From: Trichosphaerium sp. ATCC 40318
Taxonomy: Eukaryota > Protista > Tubulinea
Assembly: GCA_038496445.1 (NCBI GenBank)
Contig: JALMLS010000215.1
Coordinates: 186,001 to 250,000 of the forward strand
Direction of reading: 5' to 3'
Length of the DNA stretch: 64,000 bases
The notes below the pieces were generated by a model. That model made no database searches, was not told the origin of the DNA, and was given only the letters and a program-made list of their open reading frames with translations. Positions 12,945 to 26,737 of the stretch are shown in pieces; the stretch's first letter is position 1; every line of letters begins with the position of its first letter. Both the position numbers and the translations under genes were made by a program.

Positions 12945-13926
12945 CGGAAATGTAAGACGAAGTTTGGTTGTAATCAGTGACTTCATGACGAGATTTACAA
13001 TAAAACCTAAATGATGTCAACTACAAGAGAATAATTACAAACTGCTTAGCTACAGCATAAAAATGTCTAGCGACTCAAACCGGACAATTTATTGTCCAAG
13101 TTTGCAAAAACTGAAATTGGCGAGTTACTTTAATAGGGCACGTGATAGTATGTAAGCGTAAGAAGAATTCTAGATGAACAGAAACATACTAAAATACTGC
13201 GTTTATGTGATCATGACGCCATTGATTCAGCTAATGTTTAAATTGTTGCTTGATATTATCGATGTTGGGAAATGTATCGTACATATACGCCGACAACAAT
13301 TTCCTAAAAACCAAGTCCAACTTGCACAATCACGTTTTTTTTTAACGGCGGAAAAACTACATTGTTACGGAAGTTCTGCACCATTGATTTGTTTCTGAAA
13401 CAACATACATTTATGGAGTCTTTACCTTTTGTTTCTCTTGACAATTCTACGGAATAAAACAAGAAGGTGAAAAGCAATACGAAGGGTCGGTCGGACAAGG
13501 AATCTCCACAGTCAATTGAAAGAGCAATGCTATGTAAATGATGGAAGAAGTACAAGGTGTGGTATCGTTCTGGTATACTACAGACACATTGACATTGTGC
13601 CAATGGTGATTACGATTGTGAATTCAAGCCCAATAGTTATCTAAACAATGCGTTTTGTTTTGAATCAAAATTGCCTTGGGTTTGCAATACTTTTCGCGAA
13701 ATTGATTAGACCCACGATTGACTAAAATGTGCGCTGTTTTTAACCAAATGCTGGTTTGTATAAGACTTGCACTAAATTTTTTTCAACACGTTTTGAATAC
13801 GTAAGTGTTCCTTGTTTTAGTTTTAACGACATTATTTAAATGCGATGTTGTTAAAATGTAAGTCACAGCAATATAAAGAACAGCTTTTATTTGTCTTAGG
13901 TTAACAGAATAAAATGAGAAATTGTC

Positions 13927-16900
13927 TTAAGAAGATTCTTCAATATCGAAATTATCAATTTTTTGCCTTAACTCTTCAATCTCACTTCTGATAGCATCTA
14001 GCAATTGTATTTAGTTTTGAAATTGGTACAACACATTGAGTTAAATAATTATTCTACCTTTAGATTGAGCATCACTTCCTGATGATTTGGTTGTTGGAAT
14101 TGACTTTTTTGACTTACCTGATTTACGGGTAGCTTTGGTTGCAAAAGAGCTAGGTGTGTGGTTAAGTTACCGCTTGAATCATTGTGAATATGTACCTTCC
14201 TAGCTCTACACCACGTATAGTTAAGTAGAATTTTGGTGCAATAAGGAGTGATAGTGTAACTAAAGAGAAGGTAAGGGCTTACAGATACAAAGCAATTCAA
14301 CCGTACATGTTGCAAAGAACCAGATGCCAATACCGAATACTAGTGATACTACTTGGTTACTAGCAGTAGATTGTACAGCAAAACCGGCAACAGCAATGAC
14401 TATTGACCATACAAGAGCGTTGTAGATGGCTACAAAGAAAAGTAAGAATTGTACTCTTGACAAATTGTCTCGTACATGCTGCTAAATGTTGTGATTCGTT
14501 AAATGCACTAGGCGCTTTTCTCACCAATATGACGAGGACACAACCAAATATCAAAAGGGCTGTCTGAACAAAGAATTAATTGAGTACAAAATCAAATATT
14601 GTTGGGATGACGTACATCATAAATAATCAACACAATGACAAAGGCAAGTGCATTGGTTGAAGAGCACTGCTCAAATGTCTCTAATCCTTCCAATACAACT
14701 TCTGGTTGGTTAGGAGATACTATACTCCATACAAGTAAAACAACAGCTTGTATGGATGTCAGGACTGCGATGATTTGAAACAACTCCCAAATAGTCATAA
14801 CAGTGATGCTCAAAGATTTCAAATCGAATATTCTCCAGATTCGATAAGTTTTAGCAAACACCGGCCTACAAAGAAAGGTCAATTATCAACCTTCAGTGGC
14901 AGTGACCGTACGTGAATACCAATGGGTATGCAATAAGTGGTAACCAAATTCTTAGCTCACAAACAAGTCTACCTGTTGCTGGCGCAGCCCATGCAATGAT
15001 TCCGAAGAAAGCAAATGCAGCGCCAATTAGTACAACAACAAGCATCTCTGGAGATGAAGCTCGTACAATTGTAGTTTTCCTAAAGAAATAAGGGTATCAG
15101 TAAGGGATTTTTGGGGGTCATGAGACCGTACCAATACATGATGAGCATAACAAGGAGTACAATAACGTATATTAATCCTATAATAGCACCAATGAGAAGT
15201 ATGATTGAGTATACATCATCCCAAGAGTCTGCATTCACAATAGGATCCTCCTCTAAGGCAGAAATAAGCTTTAAAGACAGTAATAACAGAGAGGAAACGT
15301 TTGCGTACCAAGGACTTCTACTTGAAGTGTACCGTTAGTGAAGAATACTCTAGTGTTGAACGGAGCAATGACGTTGAATTCAGGCTGCGATTGATTGAAT
15401 TCAGCGTCTTAGTACACACGTTAGTGTTGAATTCCGTTCACTTGTATCCAATAATATACGTACCAAACAAAGACAAAATATCGCCCACTTCTACTCTGAA
15501 GAAATCTCTGGCAACATCAAGCACAAGAGAACCACGGACTTCGAGAGTTTTATTGAATGTTGCAAATCCACCAGGTACTGCAAAAACTAGTGAAGCTCCT
15601 TCTTCTATTACAACCGGTACGTCAAAGACGATACCAATAGCCTAGTTTGTGCGTTTAGTTTTTTTTTATCAGAGGGGCGAAAAAACGTACATCAATGCGT
15701 ATTGTGCCATTATCCACAGCTCTAACAAACGGTCCTCCATTGATTTTGGAGTCTTTTTTAGGAAGAAGTACACCACTTTCTCCTGATACTTCTAACACGG
15801 CGTTATCAAGTTCAAGGCTACCTCCACTCTTTAGCAAGAAAGATGTTTTGATGCCGAATTCTCCTAACTTTTGTAAGAAAAAAAACAACATTAAAAAGTG
15901 GCTTTGTCACGTGCCTAAGGTCCTCACAGTAACGTTAGCAAATTTAATGCTAGTAGTTTCAAGAGTTACTTCTGTCTCACATGACTCAGTGATAACAATT
16001 ACGCTATCAGAAGGTACAATAGTGGAACCCTAACAAACAATAAACAGCCAGCTAAGTCAAAGCGCAAAAAAAAAACCAACGTACAAGAATTGTTCCACTT
16101 GTAAACTTAAAGGTTTCTGTAATTTCAGGTAGAATGTTTTGTCCTACGGACAAGGTTCCTACGCTATCTGTCATGAGAACGTTTTTCAACGTGTTGTTTC
16201 CAGTCAGAGTGAACGTCTTAGTAACAGAAATGCGGTTAACAGTGTTTCCTAATCAATTTTTAGGTTTCGTTAGGAGATAAAAAAAACCGAGTACCTGCAA
16301 AACTATTGATAGTTCCGGAAATGTCTGTAAATTCACCATGATCAAAAATACAGTTATCAAATTCAACGTCACCATTTACTTCAACACCTATTGTGTCTCC
16401 AATAAAGGTGCAGTTACTAAAGCTAGTATCTGATTCTCCACCAACTGAAGAGGAATAAGTACCAATCATTCCAGAAAAAAAAAAACCCAAAAATACTGGA
16501 ACGTACTTACAAAATGACCTGAAAAATCACCTACTCTGTAATATAATCATCAGTATGACGTTAATGTACGGCTAAAAGAACTCACCTGTTTTCTTCAAAT
16601 ACAGTGTTGGCAAAGTGTGCCAAGCCACTGGTAAGAACAGTAGATTCTTTAAGTCCAAAATTGTTTTTAAACACACAATCAGTAAAGGTTACATTAGTGT
16701 TTGTTGTGGTCGCAACAACTCTTCCACCTGATGTTATCAATTTTGTTAGTATTTCACATATTATTAACTAATCTCGTACCGTTAGTGCTAACACCAGGGT
16801 TGGAATTCACAAATGTCACGTTTTCAAAATTAGCAGTCCAATACCCAACATCTGAACTTGCAGTGAACCTGAATGCGCTAGCACCATTGGCTGTATTGCC

Positions 16901-18424
16901 ATCAAATACCGAGTCTCTGACAGTCAAATCAATGAATTCGCAAAAAGCACCTATAAGAGGTTAATGACTACCAACGAATCTGTAAGGGAACGTGTACCAG
17001 CGATTGCAAGAAAAAATCCTGGTTCTTTCTTTCCATTATTAATAAACTGAGATTTTTCAATAAGCACATTAGAAGGTCTTTCTTCTGCTCCTCTAAGGTC
17101 TAGAACCATTTTTAGGCAACGAAATAGAGAATTTGTAAAACGTAAGTCACTTGCCTGCCCATGTGCCAGAGTAAATCCCTTCGTTGGCGAAGATTACAGT
17201 TTCCGTAATAGTTACGTTGAATTCTCCTGTGATAAAAAAAGGACCTGTAAATCCTCTATTGTATTGAAACAATGATCCTCCTACGTAAAGATCTGATTCT
17301 CTGGTAGCGACTACTCCTTGTCCATTAAGTTCGCGACATGAGCTACAAACTGCTCCTGGTATCCTTATAGGATCTGGCGTTACAGTAGAGTTTTGTACAG
17401 TTGAGCTAGACAGGTAGTAAGAACAAACGTATTGCAAGTAAAATAAGCAAGTTGGTGAGTCGTACTTTATAATTCTAACACCGCCTTCGCCAACATGTAC
17501 ACCGATTCCATGAGAGAAGTGTGTAGACCTTTTTGCTGGTTGGTCTAGCCAATCACAATTCATTTCAGAAAGAAGGACATTGCTATAAAAAAAAAGTAAG
17601 TTGGCCAAATTTGTGTTTTACAAAACTCGGGCAGTTTTACAGTAAGTTGGGAAAAAAATTACAAGCCAACGTACTTAAAATCCACAGAACATCCACCTCT
17701 AGAGTACCAAAAGGCTCCCCCGAAAGTTCCCTAAAAAAGAACAGTTAACTTACTATTTTTGGTCAAAAAAGGAAAGGAATATCGAATTCTACCTGTGCTG
17801 GTGCGTATGTACCAAAAAATTCTTCGTAGAGCGTAAAGTTGCATATAGCACGCCTCATAGTCAAGTCCTCAAATGTTGCTACTTGTTTACGTAAGTTCTC
17901 AGCTACATACGAGCCAAGACTTTGTCCACAAGAAGGCACAAAAAATATGTGATTAGAATCTTCGCCATCAATAATAGTAGTTTCCTTCGACGCTCCTATT
18001 TCGGTCAGTAGGGAGCTCTACATTTACAGAAAAACGGATAAGGAAGCGAAATACTGCACATACCTTTTATCGTAATATTATATACCGTAGTAGTATCGTT
18101 CCATACAATTGCAGTGTTTCCGATACCTTTAAAGTGTTTTTTTTAGACTTTTTACAATTTTGAGTTCTATTACCTTTAAAAACGCCTTCAGACAGTTGAA
18201 TAGTATCGCCTGGTGCGGCTCTACTAAATAAAGCGAATTCTATTGTAGCACACGGAGAAGCACTTGAACAAACAGAGTCTGTGCCTATATGTACGTTATT
18301 TTGTGTTTTACACGATTACACGTTCAAACTACGTACCAGTTGGTGAAACATAAAGAGTTTCACAGCTACAAAGGGCTAAAACGCAAAGAAATATTGTAGC
18401 AATGGCTACCAAGACACTATGCAT
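13927..18424 (-). CDS. Class C (7tm_3, GABA-B/Grl-like) GPCR with large beta-helix-like ectodomain and C-terminal coiled coil
   Basis: Signal peptide, then TLYVSPTG..CSSASPCATIEFAL..APGDTIQLSEGVF and many F..N repeats. 7TM motifs: IVRASSP, CELRIWLP, FAKTYRIWRIF, RKAPSAFNESQH. Ends ...IRSEIEELRQKIDNFDIEESS*. Confidence 0.85.
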
Positions 18425-18732
18425 AGTTGGTGAGAAGTTGTCTTTTTTTGTCTAAAACGGCTCCCTTAACCTTTCCAGACACGAAAAAACTGCACAACTG
18501 CATACTACATAAACAGCCGTAAACCCACACATACAATAGCAACGACTACACTGAGAAGAAAAGTATTTGAAACAAATTAAGAAGCAAGTTGTCTAAAATA
18601 AGAAGGATTCTTTCTTAAAGCATATAAAAGCATTCTCTACGCTGTTGACGTTGAATTTAAGCTGTTTAGCAACTGAGCTTTTTTTAGCGATTAAGTTGTT
18701 TAAACATAACAATTCACACTCAATATTCGCAA
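18425..18732. promoter_or_regulatory. Putative bidirectional promoter between the two GPCR paralogs
   Basis: 308 bp separate the divergent ATGs at 18424 (-) and 18733 (+). A TATA-like CATATAAAA lies at about 18621. Confidence 0.5.
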
Positions 18733-21700
18733 ATGTGGACGCATAGGATAGTTTTGGTTACGTTTATCGTAGCCTTGTGTTATTGTAAAACTGTATATCT
18801 AACTCCTGAAGGTAAAAACGATAAAGACACGCCTATAGTCGCTTACATCGATGTATAGGTATCGATACTGGAATATGTCCGTCTGGAAGTCCTTGTGCAA
18901 CTCTAGAATACGCTATTCTTACAGCAGCAACTTCCGGAGATGTTATACAACTATCTAGTGGCGTTTTTAGCGGTACGAATTCAATTTAGAGAGTTATGAA
19001 GAAAGAGCAAAAAAACAAAAAAACTCGTTGTCCACTTACAGAAAATAAAACACTTTTACTTTTTTGTCCTTCTTGTCCAAACTAAGCAACTTCAAGGCAC
19101 TGGAAACCAAGGTATATTCTGGACCAACGCTACTGGAATAAACAATTTAACTTTTCGGGGTACGCAGTTTGCACACAAAGGTGGCTCTTCAGTTTAAATC
19201 TCCCCCGAAAAAAAAAACGACATAAGTCGAATTCTTAAAGCAACTTTTTTATCGCCAAAAGTACTTTCCTAATTCGATTTTTTTCTTCCACAGGATCGAC
19301 TACAGGCGGAGATACTATAATCGACGGCCTTGAAGAATCTCAAATTTTCTTTGTTGAGAGCTGTGGACTACCACTTGCTTTTAACGAGAAATCCACCAGA
19401 GTTCAATTAGCAACGTTTGAGGATATCATATTTCAAAACTGTAGATGTAATTTTACAATGTACCCGGTGAACGGGGACCCAGCACTCTTTGTATGTATTT
19501 TTTGGAAGTATTTTTGCTTTGAGTTATTTGTCATCATTAATTTTTTTTTCTCGTAATAGAAAAATTACGGTGGGTCGGTCATGTATGCATCTGGAGGTTG
19601 TCATGTATCTTTCGATAGAGTTACCTTTCGTCAAAACTTTTGCGGTATCCGTAATGATAATGAGACTAATCAAGAGGTATGGGGTGGTATTCTTCGGATA
19701 AGTTATGGTGGAATTGAATTGAAAAAGTAAGTCACGTTTTGTCTGTTGCTGGACTAACAAATGAGTATAGTGTTTTACTGGAGAATAATACTATCAGCAC
19801 ACTTGAAGGGCGTGGTTTAGTTACACTTTCCAGTTCAGATGCAGTTATTATGGACTCGGTGTTTAGGAACAATACAATGACGTTCACCGGTGTTATCAAC
19901 TTTGGTACTTTTTTTTTTGTTGTTCTTTTTTTTTTAGCAATTGGTATACCAATTACTCATTTAGATGGTGATATTGGACCTGATAATATCATTGAGAGAG
20001 TTATCTTCGAATACAACCAAGGATTCTTAGGAGCAAGTGTTGGTAAGCTATATTTTTTAATGAGTTGTCATGCTAACTCTTCGTAGCATTTTGGGAAGTC
20101 ATCACTGATACCTCAGTTCTGAACGGTACAGATATATTGGTTAGACATTGCGATGCACTTCTGGGAGGTATGTGAAGTCCTTAATGATAGAAACAGCGCA
20201 ATTAGCTTATAGCCTTTAGTTTATACATGGTTTTCTGGAGGAACTATGAATTATAAGAATCTCACGATTGTACACAATACAGGCGGTCTTGGTATTGCTT
20301 TTTGGCAGATTAACTCTGTTTCGTTACGTGTTGAAGACTCCTATATTTCCCATAACGCTGCTACAAGTACGTAAACTGAGGATTTCTCTTTTCTTTGCTT
20401 CTTTATTCTGACCACGTGATAGTAAGTAACACTGTAATGTTTAATCAAAACGGAATTGCCCAAGATTTCTTTATAAATTCTGTTTTTGAGAACAATACAG
20501 CTCCACAAATAGCCACATTCCAACAAGTTAACCTACTGGGTGGTGAACCGGGCAATAACTTTTTTATCAACTGCACCTTTATAGACAATGTGTACGCCTT
20601 CATATCTGTAATCAGTACCAGCACCATTGCTAATTAAGACTCTAGAGCGGAACAAGGTGGTATTCTAGAGGCTGGAACAGCCGAGTTTTACAACACAACT
20701 TTCATTGGAACAAACACTCAGATTATCGGGGAATCACAGACTAAAGTATACAACACAACATTTATCATAACGGAAGGTTCTAATAATCCAGCATACACTG
20801 GTTCTGCTGCTGTATTTTCGGGTACCCAGACGGTAACAAAATTACGTGGTTTTAACTTTTATTTAGACAATACTATTCCTAGTTTGTTCATTGGACAAGA
20901 GTTCAACATGCAAACCTCACACTCGTCTGGAAGTGTTACTGTGACCAAGGGTTCTTTTACTCTACACGAGGACGTTCAATTATCCATATCTGGCGCTTTA
21001 GAATGGCAAGATGGAACAATAATCGTGAGTAATTATTATTGTGAGAAACAGTTCCTTACTCAATTTTTTTCGCTAAGGGAACAACTACTGATCCTGATAA
21101 TCACGTGATACAACTCGCAAACGGAACTGAGAGTCTATTCATCTCAGCAAACAAGGATCAATCGATGAAGAATGTTGCACTAACCAACGAAGGTACAAGA
21201 ACTTGAAGGTGGTTTGAAGATTGACATTTTCGTCTTAGGATCTATCAATTTTGTAAATGGGTTGTTTGATACTTTCCAGTTCAACAATACGGATATTACT
21301 AACACAGGCCCAAACGCAAATTTTATATTCCGCGACAAGTCTATCTTTAGAGGCACCAAACTTATAAATACTAACGGAGCAAAGATTAGCTTTACATCGG
21401 CAAGTGAAATAAGAAAATCTACGAATCTAATATTAGTTCTTTTTTAGGATGCATCTGTTACTTTTGATGTTGATGTAGAGTTTACTGATGGTGCCGTTCT
21501 TGTATTCCTAGTACCGGATAGCACAGCCACGTTTTTAAAAACTCTCAAACTAGAAACTTTGCAGCTAGATGTTGCTCCAACTTTTTTCACTCCAATTGGA
21601 ACAAGATTTCCTTTGTTTCGTGCGTGCAAACTCTATTCGCTTACTACGGTAGATTTAACTTTTGTATAGAGGCAACCGAACTACCTACTTATGGAAACAT

Positions 21701-23088
21701 AAGTGCACCTTTCAGTGGAAAACTTGTGTTCGATAACGGCACTGTTTTTGTTGAAGTACTCGGTAAGTGTTTTTTATTTTCAAGCACAAAACTTACATAT
21801 TGTTTAAGACGTTGAGAGGACATTGAAAGAAGACGAAGTTACCGAAACTCGCTCATTTTCTCTGCTTCTCATTGCTGTCATTGGAATAGCTTACGCTTTG
21901 GGATTAACGATCCTATTATTTAGCAACAGGTAAGTACTCATTACTACAGTTTTTTGTTTTGTTCTAACTTTTTTTTTTTGTAGAAAAGCTCCTATTTTCA
22001 AGTCTTCTATTCCTCCTTTGGTCTTCACATCCCTATTTGGATCCATAGTTTGTTATGTTGGAGTAATCATTTGGGCCTTGCCAGTAAGTGGCCGTTTCAT
22101 TTGTGAGGCAAGAGTATGGTTTCCTTTCATTGGATACACACTTGTCTTCATGTACGTTGGACTACTGGAGGGTTGTTTTCAACTGACACTTTCAAAAGGC
22201 CACTGTTTTCTAAGCAGTACCATCTATGGCGTGTATTCTCTCATGAGAATTTGGATAGACTCTACATGAATCTATTTGACTTGTTTAAAATCGTTGGCAT
22301 TGCGTTGATCTTGCAAATAATCTTACTCGCCTCTTGGACTGGTGGTTCTGGAAACTTTGCTACTCAAATCATTGACGAGAATGATAACTTGCAACTATTC
22401 AATGGGTGTACATCTAGCAATACAACAGCATTTTTAGTCATCCTTATCATTTACAATGTGCGTCACCAGCACCCAATAGCAAAGAGTTTTGCATCTAATA
22501 GCATTTTATAGGGGTTATTACTTGTTGGTGGATGTGTGATTACAGTCTTGGCAAGAAAAGCACCTACTGACTATAACGAAGGACGTTTTGTTGCAATTGC
22601 CATTTACAGTGTTTTTGCTTGGGGACTACTTGTTGTTATAGTCGGTTTTGCAGTAAGCAGTAATGGTAGTCGTAGCACGATTGCTCTTGTTATATCCTTG
22701 GCATTGTGGTTCTTTGCAACAGGTCAGTGTTAACCTATTTCCAAGTATGGATTACTTACACGTGTTTAGTGACAATCTCTTTAATTCTGCTACCTAAATT
22801 TTACTTTATGTTTGTGAAAGGAAAGAGAGAAGCGTAAGTATTGTTCTTCATTATAAATTGTTGTACAAGGATGTTTATACTTACTGTTTAACTAGGACTG
22901 ATGCAAGCGCAAGTATTTCAGTAGGACTATGGAGTAGTACCAAACAAGACAGTGGAGCTGCAACGACAACAAAAATGTCAGCCATGTCTGGTAGCTCTGG
23001 TAATATTGAGGAAGACGATGAGATGAATGACCTCATTGCACAGAGAAATGACCTACAACAACAATGGGACGATATGCAAGATAACTAA
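18733..23088 (+). CDS. Paralogous class C GPCR with beta-helix-like ectodomain and C-terminal coiled coil
   Basis: MWTHRIVLVTFIVALCYCKTVYLTPEG..CPSGSPCATLEYAI..GDVIQLSSG. 7TM motifs: CEARVWFP, FSKQYHLWRVF, RKAPTDYNEGRF. Ends EMNDLIAQRNDLQQQWDDMQDN*. Confidence 0.85.
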
Positions 23089-23260
23089 AGATTCTACCTC
23101 CATCCAGCTCAATACTGTGTAACAATAAACGTTTTGAAACAAACATTTGCCAAGTGAAGCTACCAGGCAGTTGTTTAGTGTCTGTTTCTGACTTAATTGG
23201 GTGCCTTCTGGGCGACTATAAGTTGTACCTCGCCTGATAGGCATCTCAGCGCGTAGGAGG

Positions 23261-24559
23261 TTTTTTTTTTTAGAATAAGAGGCAGCGCGCTAGCGCCTAC
23301 TTTATTACATATGGTATTGTTACATTGTGTTGGTTACATTATGTTAATAAACTTAAAAATAAATTTAATGTGCAATAGGTTCCTTCTCAACAGTATACTG
23401 ACGTAAAACTTAGAAAGAGTCATTAGAAGTAAGTAAAAAGATGTAAGAAAGGAAAAGAAGGGGGGTTGGGGGGGAAGTTTCCCCCCCAAATAAAAAAAAA
23501 ATCTCTTCAAATTAAAAACCACACACTAAGTGCGGTAACTAGGTACAGGGAGCGCAATCGGCTCCAAATTTGCAAAGCAAATTAGGAGGAAACGCGACCC
23601 CTCAATGTTAATTATATATCGATCCTAATCTATAAACAGGTTTGGAAATTCGTTGTTCATTAGTAGGAGTTAAAAATTTACTTAGAATGATTGTACCGTC
23701 TGGTAGTATTTGGTCGACTCCACTTCCAATAACAAATGCAGGTGTATTAATCTGTAATCTCCTTAGACTTTTCTGTTCTGATATAACCTCTGAATAGTCC
23801 ATCTGTACATGACACTTGAATCTATTTGTAGTCCATCTGTTTGTGTCTTCATTTTTGTATATCCAGTTGACATCATTTACAGTTCCATTATATTTCGCTA
23901 GGATCATCCAATTTATAAACTTATATCTAATCTGTTGTCCTGATAACCATTTTCCTGTAGGTACACCATGTTTAATGTCATTCCTAATGATCCAAGTAAT
24001 CGCTAGAATTATTCCTATTTCCAAGAGGTGATGAACTGACTTGCAATTCTCTAAAGATGTTTTAAGTGATATACCTGGTTTGCAAAATAATAATAAATCA
24101 AAAACTACTTCCATTATCTTATTAGGTACCGACCAATCATAAAATATTTCTTCATGTTTCTCTGGAGGAAATGCATCTTTTTTATGTGTTACTGGAAGAC
24201 ATCTCATAATAAATCTCCATAAAATATCTCTAATATAGCTTACACCTTTAAATTTGTTTAGTAGTTTGAGTATGGTTAAATTAAAAATAAGGTTTTTTCT
24301 AAAGTGGGGTTTTAGACGTGGATGATTCTTTTTCTTAAGATTGATGTAAAAAATTTCACTTTTCTAAATTTATTTTCAGGAACGATGTTAAATGATTTGA
24401 AAGACTCTCTACACTTTGAACTTAGCTGTGACCCAACATTCCATGCTTGCGAATATATTGTATCCATTGCCAAATGCCGTTCCCATAACGATGCTTTAAA
24501 TGCGTTACTTACCTGAGCGATTGAGCTAAGAGAAAAACCTCCTTGAGAGAATGGAAGAG
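23261..24559 (-). mobile_element. 5'-truncated L1/TRE-like non-LTR retrotransposon copy
   Basis: Poly(A) tail appears as a T run from 23261. The 3' UTR and ORF2 C-terminus are homologous to about 30885-32278. 18-bp TSD ATCTCAGCGCGTAGGAGG at 23243-23260 and 24560-24577. Confidence 0.95.
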
Positions 24560-25096
24560 ATCTCAGCGCGTAGGAGGGATGGTGTTGGTCTGTTAGTTTA
24601 GTTATCAAGTTGCAAGTTAAGTCAGAGGCAGAAAGTGTATCATTTGTCGTTCCAAAGGCATACAGATGGACTTCAATAATTTTCCACCCGAAATCGCTCT
24701 GGCGATCATTGAGTCTATGGACGGTATCGACAGAGTGTTTTTTTCTGGTGTAAGCAATTTCTGGCGCTCATACGTGTTTAATATGCCCAAAATGGCTGTA
24801 CGTTCAATAAAAACAATAAAAACGAGCTGAAAAAGGCTAACAGTAAAGTTTAGCGCACAGTACCGTACTTGGTTGCTGAGACAAGGCCAATACTCGTATT
24901 CCATGGCGATATTGCGTTACCTGGTAACGACGATCTTACCATATCTATTAAAATAGCTGACTACATCGTTTACGAGTCTATGGTGCGTTCAAATCACATG
25001 AGTTGGTAAATGACTCAAAGGGAGTCCATCTCTATCATAATACAACCAAAACAAAAAGTTCGCTCACATTTTCTCGTTTAACTTTTTGCTGTAGAT

Positions 25097-26640
25097 GTAT
25101 GTTTGTTTTCACCGTAAGACCAAGCCACAAAAGTATATCGTACGCTTGTTAAGTTTTCGATTTTTTTTTACCTCGCGTTGTGCACGTGATTTGGAATATT
25201 AGATAAATATGGACTGGAACTTTATGTTCTGTGTCTTTAAGTCATTGTGGTAATAAGTTGTAGGTCTGCAAATACGAAGCTGATGCAAGGTTCAACCAGA
25301 GTGATTTTGAAGTTGTGTTCGAGTTTTCAAATAGCAAGGCAGCTGAGAATGGAGTAACTATGTTGGTTGTTTCTAACGACCTTCAAGTGATTCTTAACCA
25401 CTCAAAGAACCAAACAACAATATACAAAAAGTCGTTAATCAATACAACAAAAAAGATTGTTAAACTAACGAAAAGATTCTCAAAGACAACACCACAACCT
25501 TGGTCATATGTTCCTAACTTTAAAGATCCAAACACATCTATGTGCTACATGAGAGTTGAAGGAGAATATACTTTATGTAGCTTGGATACAAACTTCACAC
25601 CAACAAAGTTGAAGGTGAGTCATGTTTTAGTTTTTTACTTTAGTTGTTGACTTGCGCCAGGTTGCTCATTTGACTATGGTTGCTAAGAGCTTTACTGTTA
25701 CTGCTAAGGGGCACTTTATTGTTGTTGTAAACGGTAGGCTAATGGTTCTCGGAGGAAAGGGATGGAGTAATCTAAACCCAAAGTCAACGCGCCAATACAT
25801 ATCAGTGACATCCGACGAGCGTGGTGTAGTTGTTGCTGTTGCTACTATCAACTATGATTGGCGTATAATCGTTGGTGTAGTGAAGGATACGGATGGCGTA
25901 TGTACGCTTGATATACTCTTTACTATACAACACAATTATCCGATTACCAAGGCGTTCATACATAAATGTACGTTCAGTATTATCACGTGATAAATCACAA
26001 AATTATACTTATTTCTGGTTGTTTGCTAATATTACCCTTTTTAGCTCTTGTTTATATTACTGATACTCGTACTACTGGTCTAACTTTGACTAAGCGTCGT
26101 TGTTGGTTACCTGGTGTCGATATTAAATTCAGTACTCGACCTGTTTCAAACAATCAAATGAATAAACTAGAGGGAGAAAAGACACTTTAGAGAACTGTTG
26201 TAAAAAAATCTTGGTCTGAAAGAACCAACTATTGTCAACAAATTATTAATTCCAATCACCACTTCACAAAAAGTCCACTTCGTAGACCTAGCATTGCATA
26301 ACAATCTTTTTTTTTTTTGGTTCATACAAGTACTTTTCAAGCTTGGCTTATCTCTTGGGCATGAAATCTCTCTTTCCTACCAATAGTGAGTCTTCTTGTG
26401 GTTCAACAATAGTGCGCTTGTGTTACTGAAGCAACTTATTTTGAACTAAGTGAACTTCAATAAGAGGTGATGACACCAACTATCTCAAGTTTTACAAATA
26501 TATCGGTTTCAATACCGATTCATGCTACAGCATAGTACGTGTTATTAGATCATCCAGGCTAGAAGAAACAAAGGTCAGAGTATGTATCAAGAACGCTTGG
26601 AGGAAAACTTAGCACTGGTGGCTAAAAGGCAACATGATTG
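25097..26640 (+). CDS. Hypothetical multi-exon host gene interrupted at its 3' end by the full-length LINE
   Basis: ORFs 25315-25650 and 25652-25990 have GT-AG junctions, and further exons continue to 26640. Start and frame of the last exons are uncertain. Confidence 0.4.
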
Positions 26641-26737
26641 GGAGCCCGCCTTAACTGCGCGGGGAGTGCATCACCTCTTCACTATTTTACGTTCTAACTA
26701 TTATGTTACGCTAGTTAGAATAACGGTAGTGCTGGTT

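Noticed and set aside
26641-26700. HDV-like ribozyme at the LINE 5' end
   Set aside because: The region is GC-rich with small hairpins, but there is no P1 partner for GGAGCCC and no nested pseudoknot.
26582-26737. 563-aa ORF taken as the true ORF1
   Set aside because: Its ATG lies outside the element (upstream of the TSD ending at 26640). ORF1 proper must start at 26738 or later.
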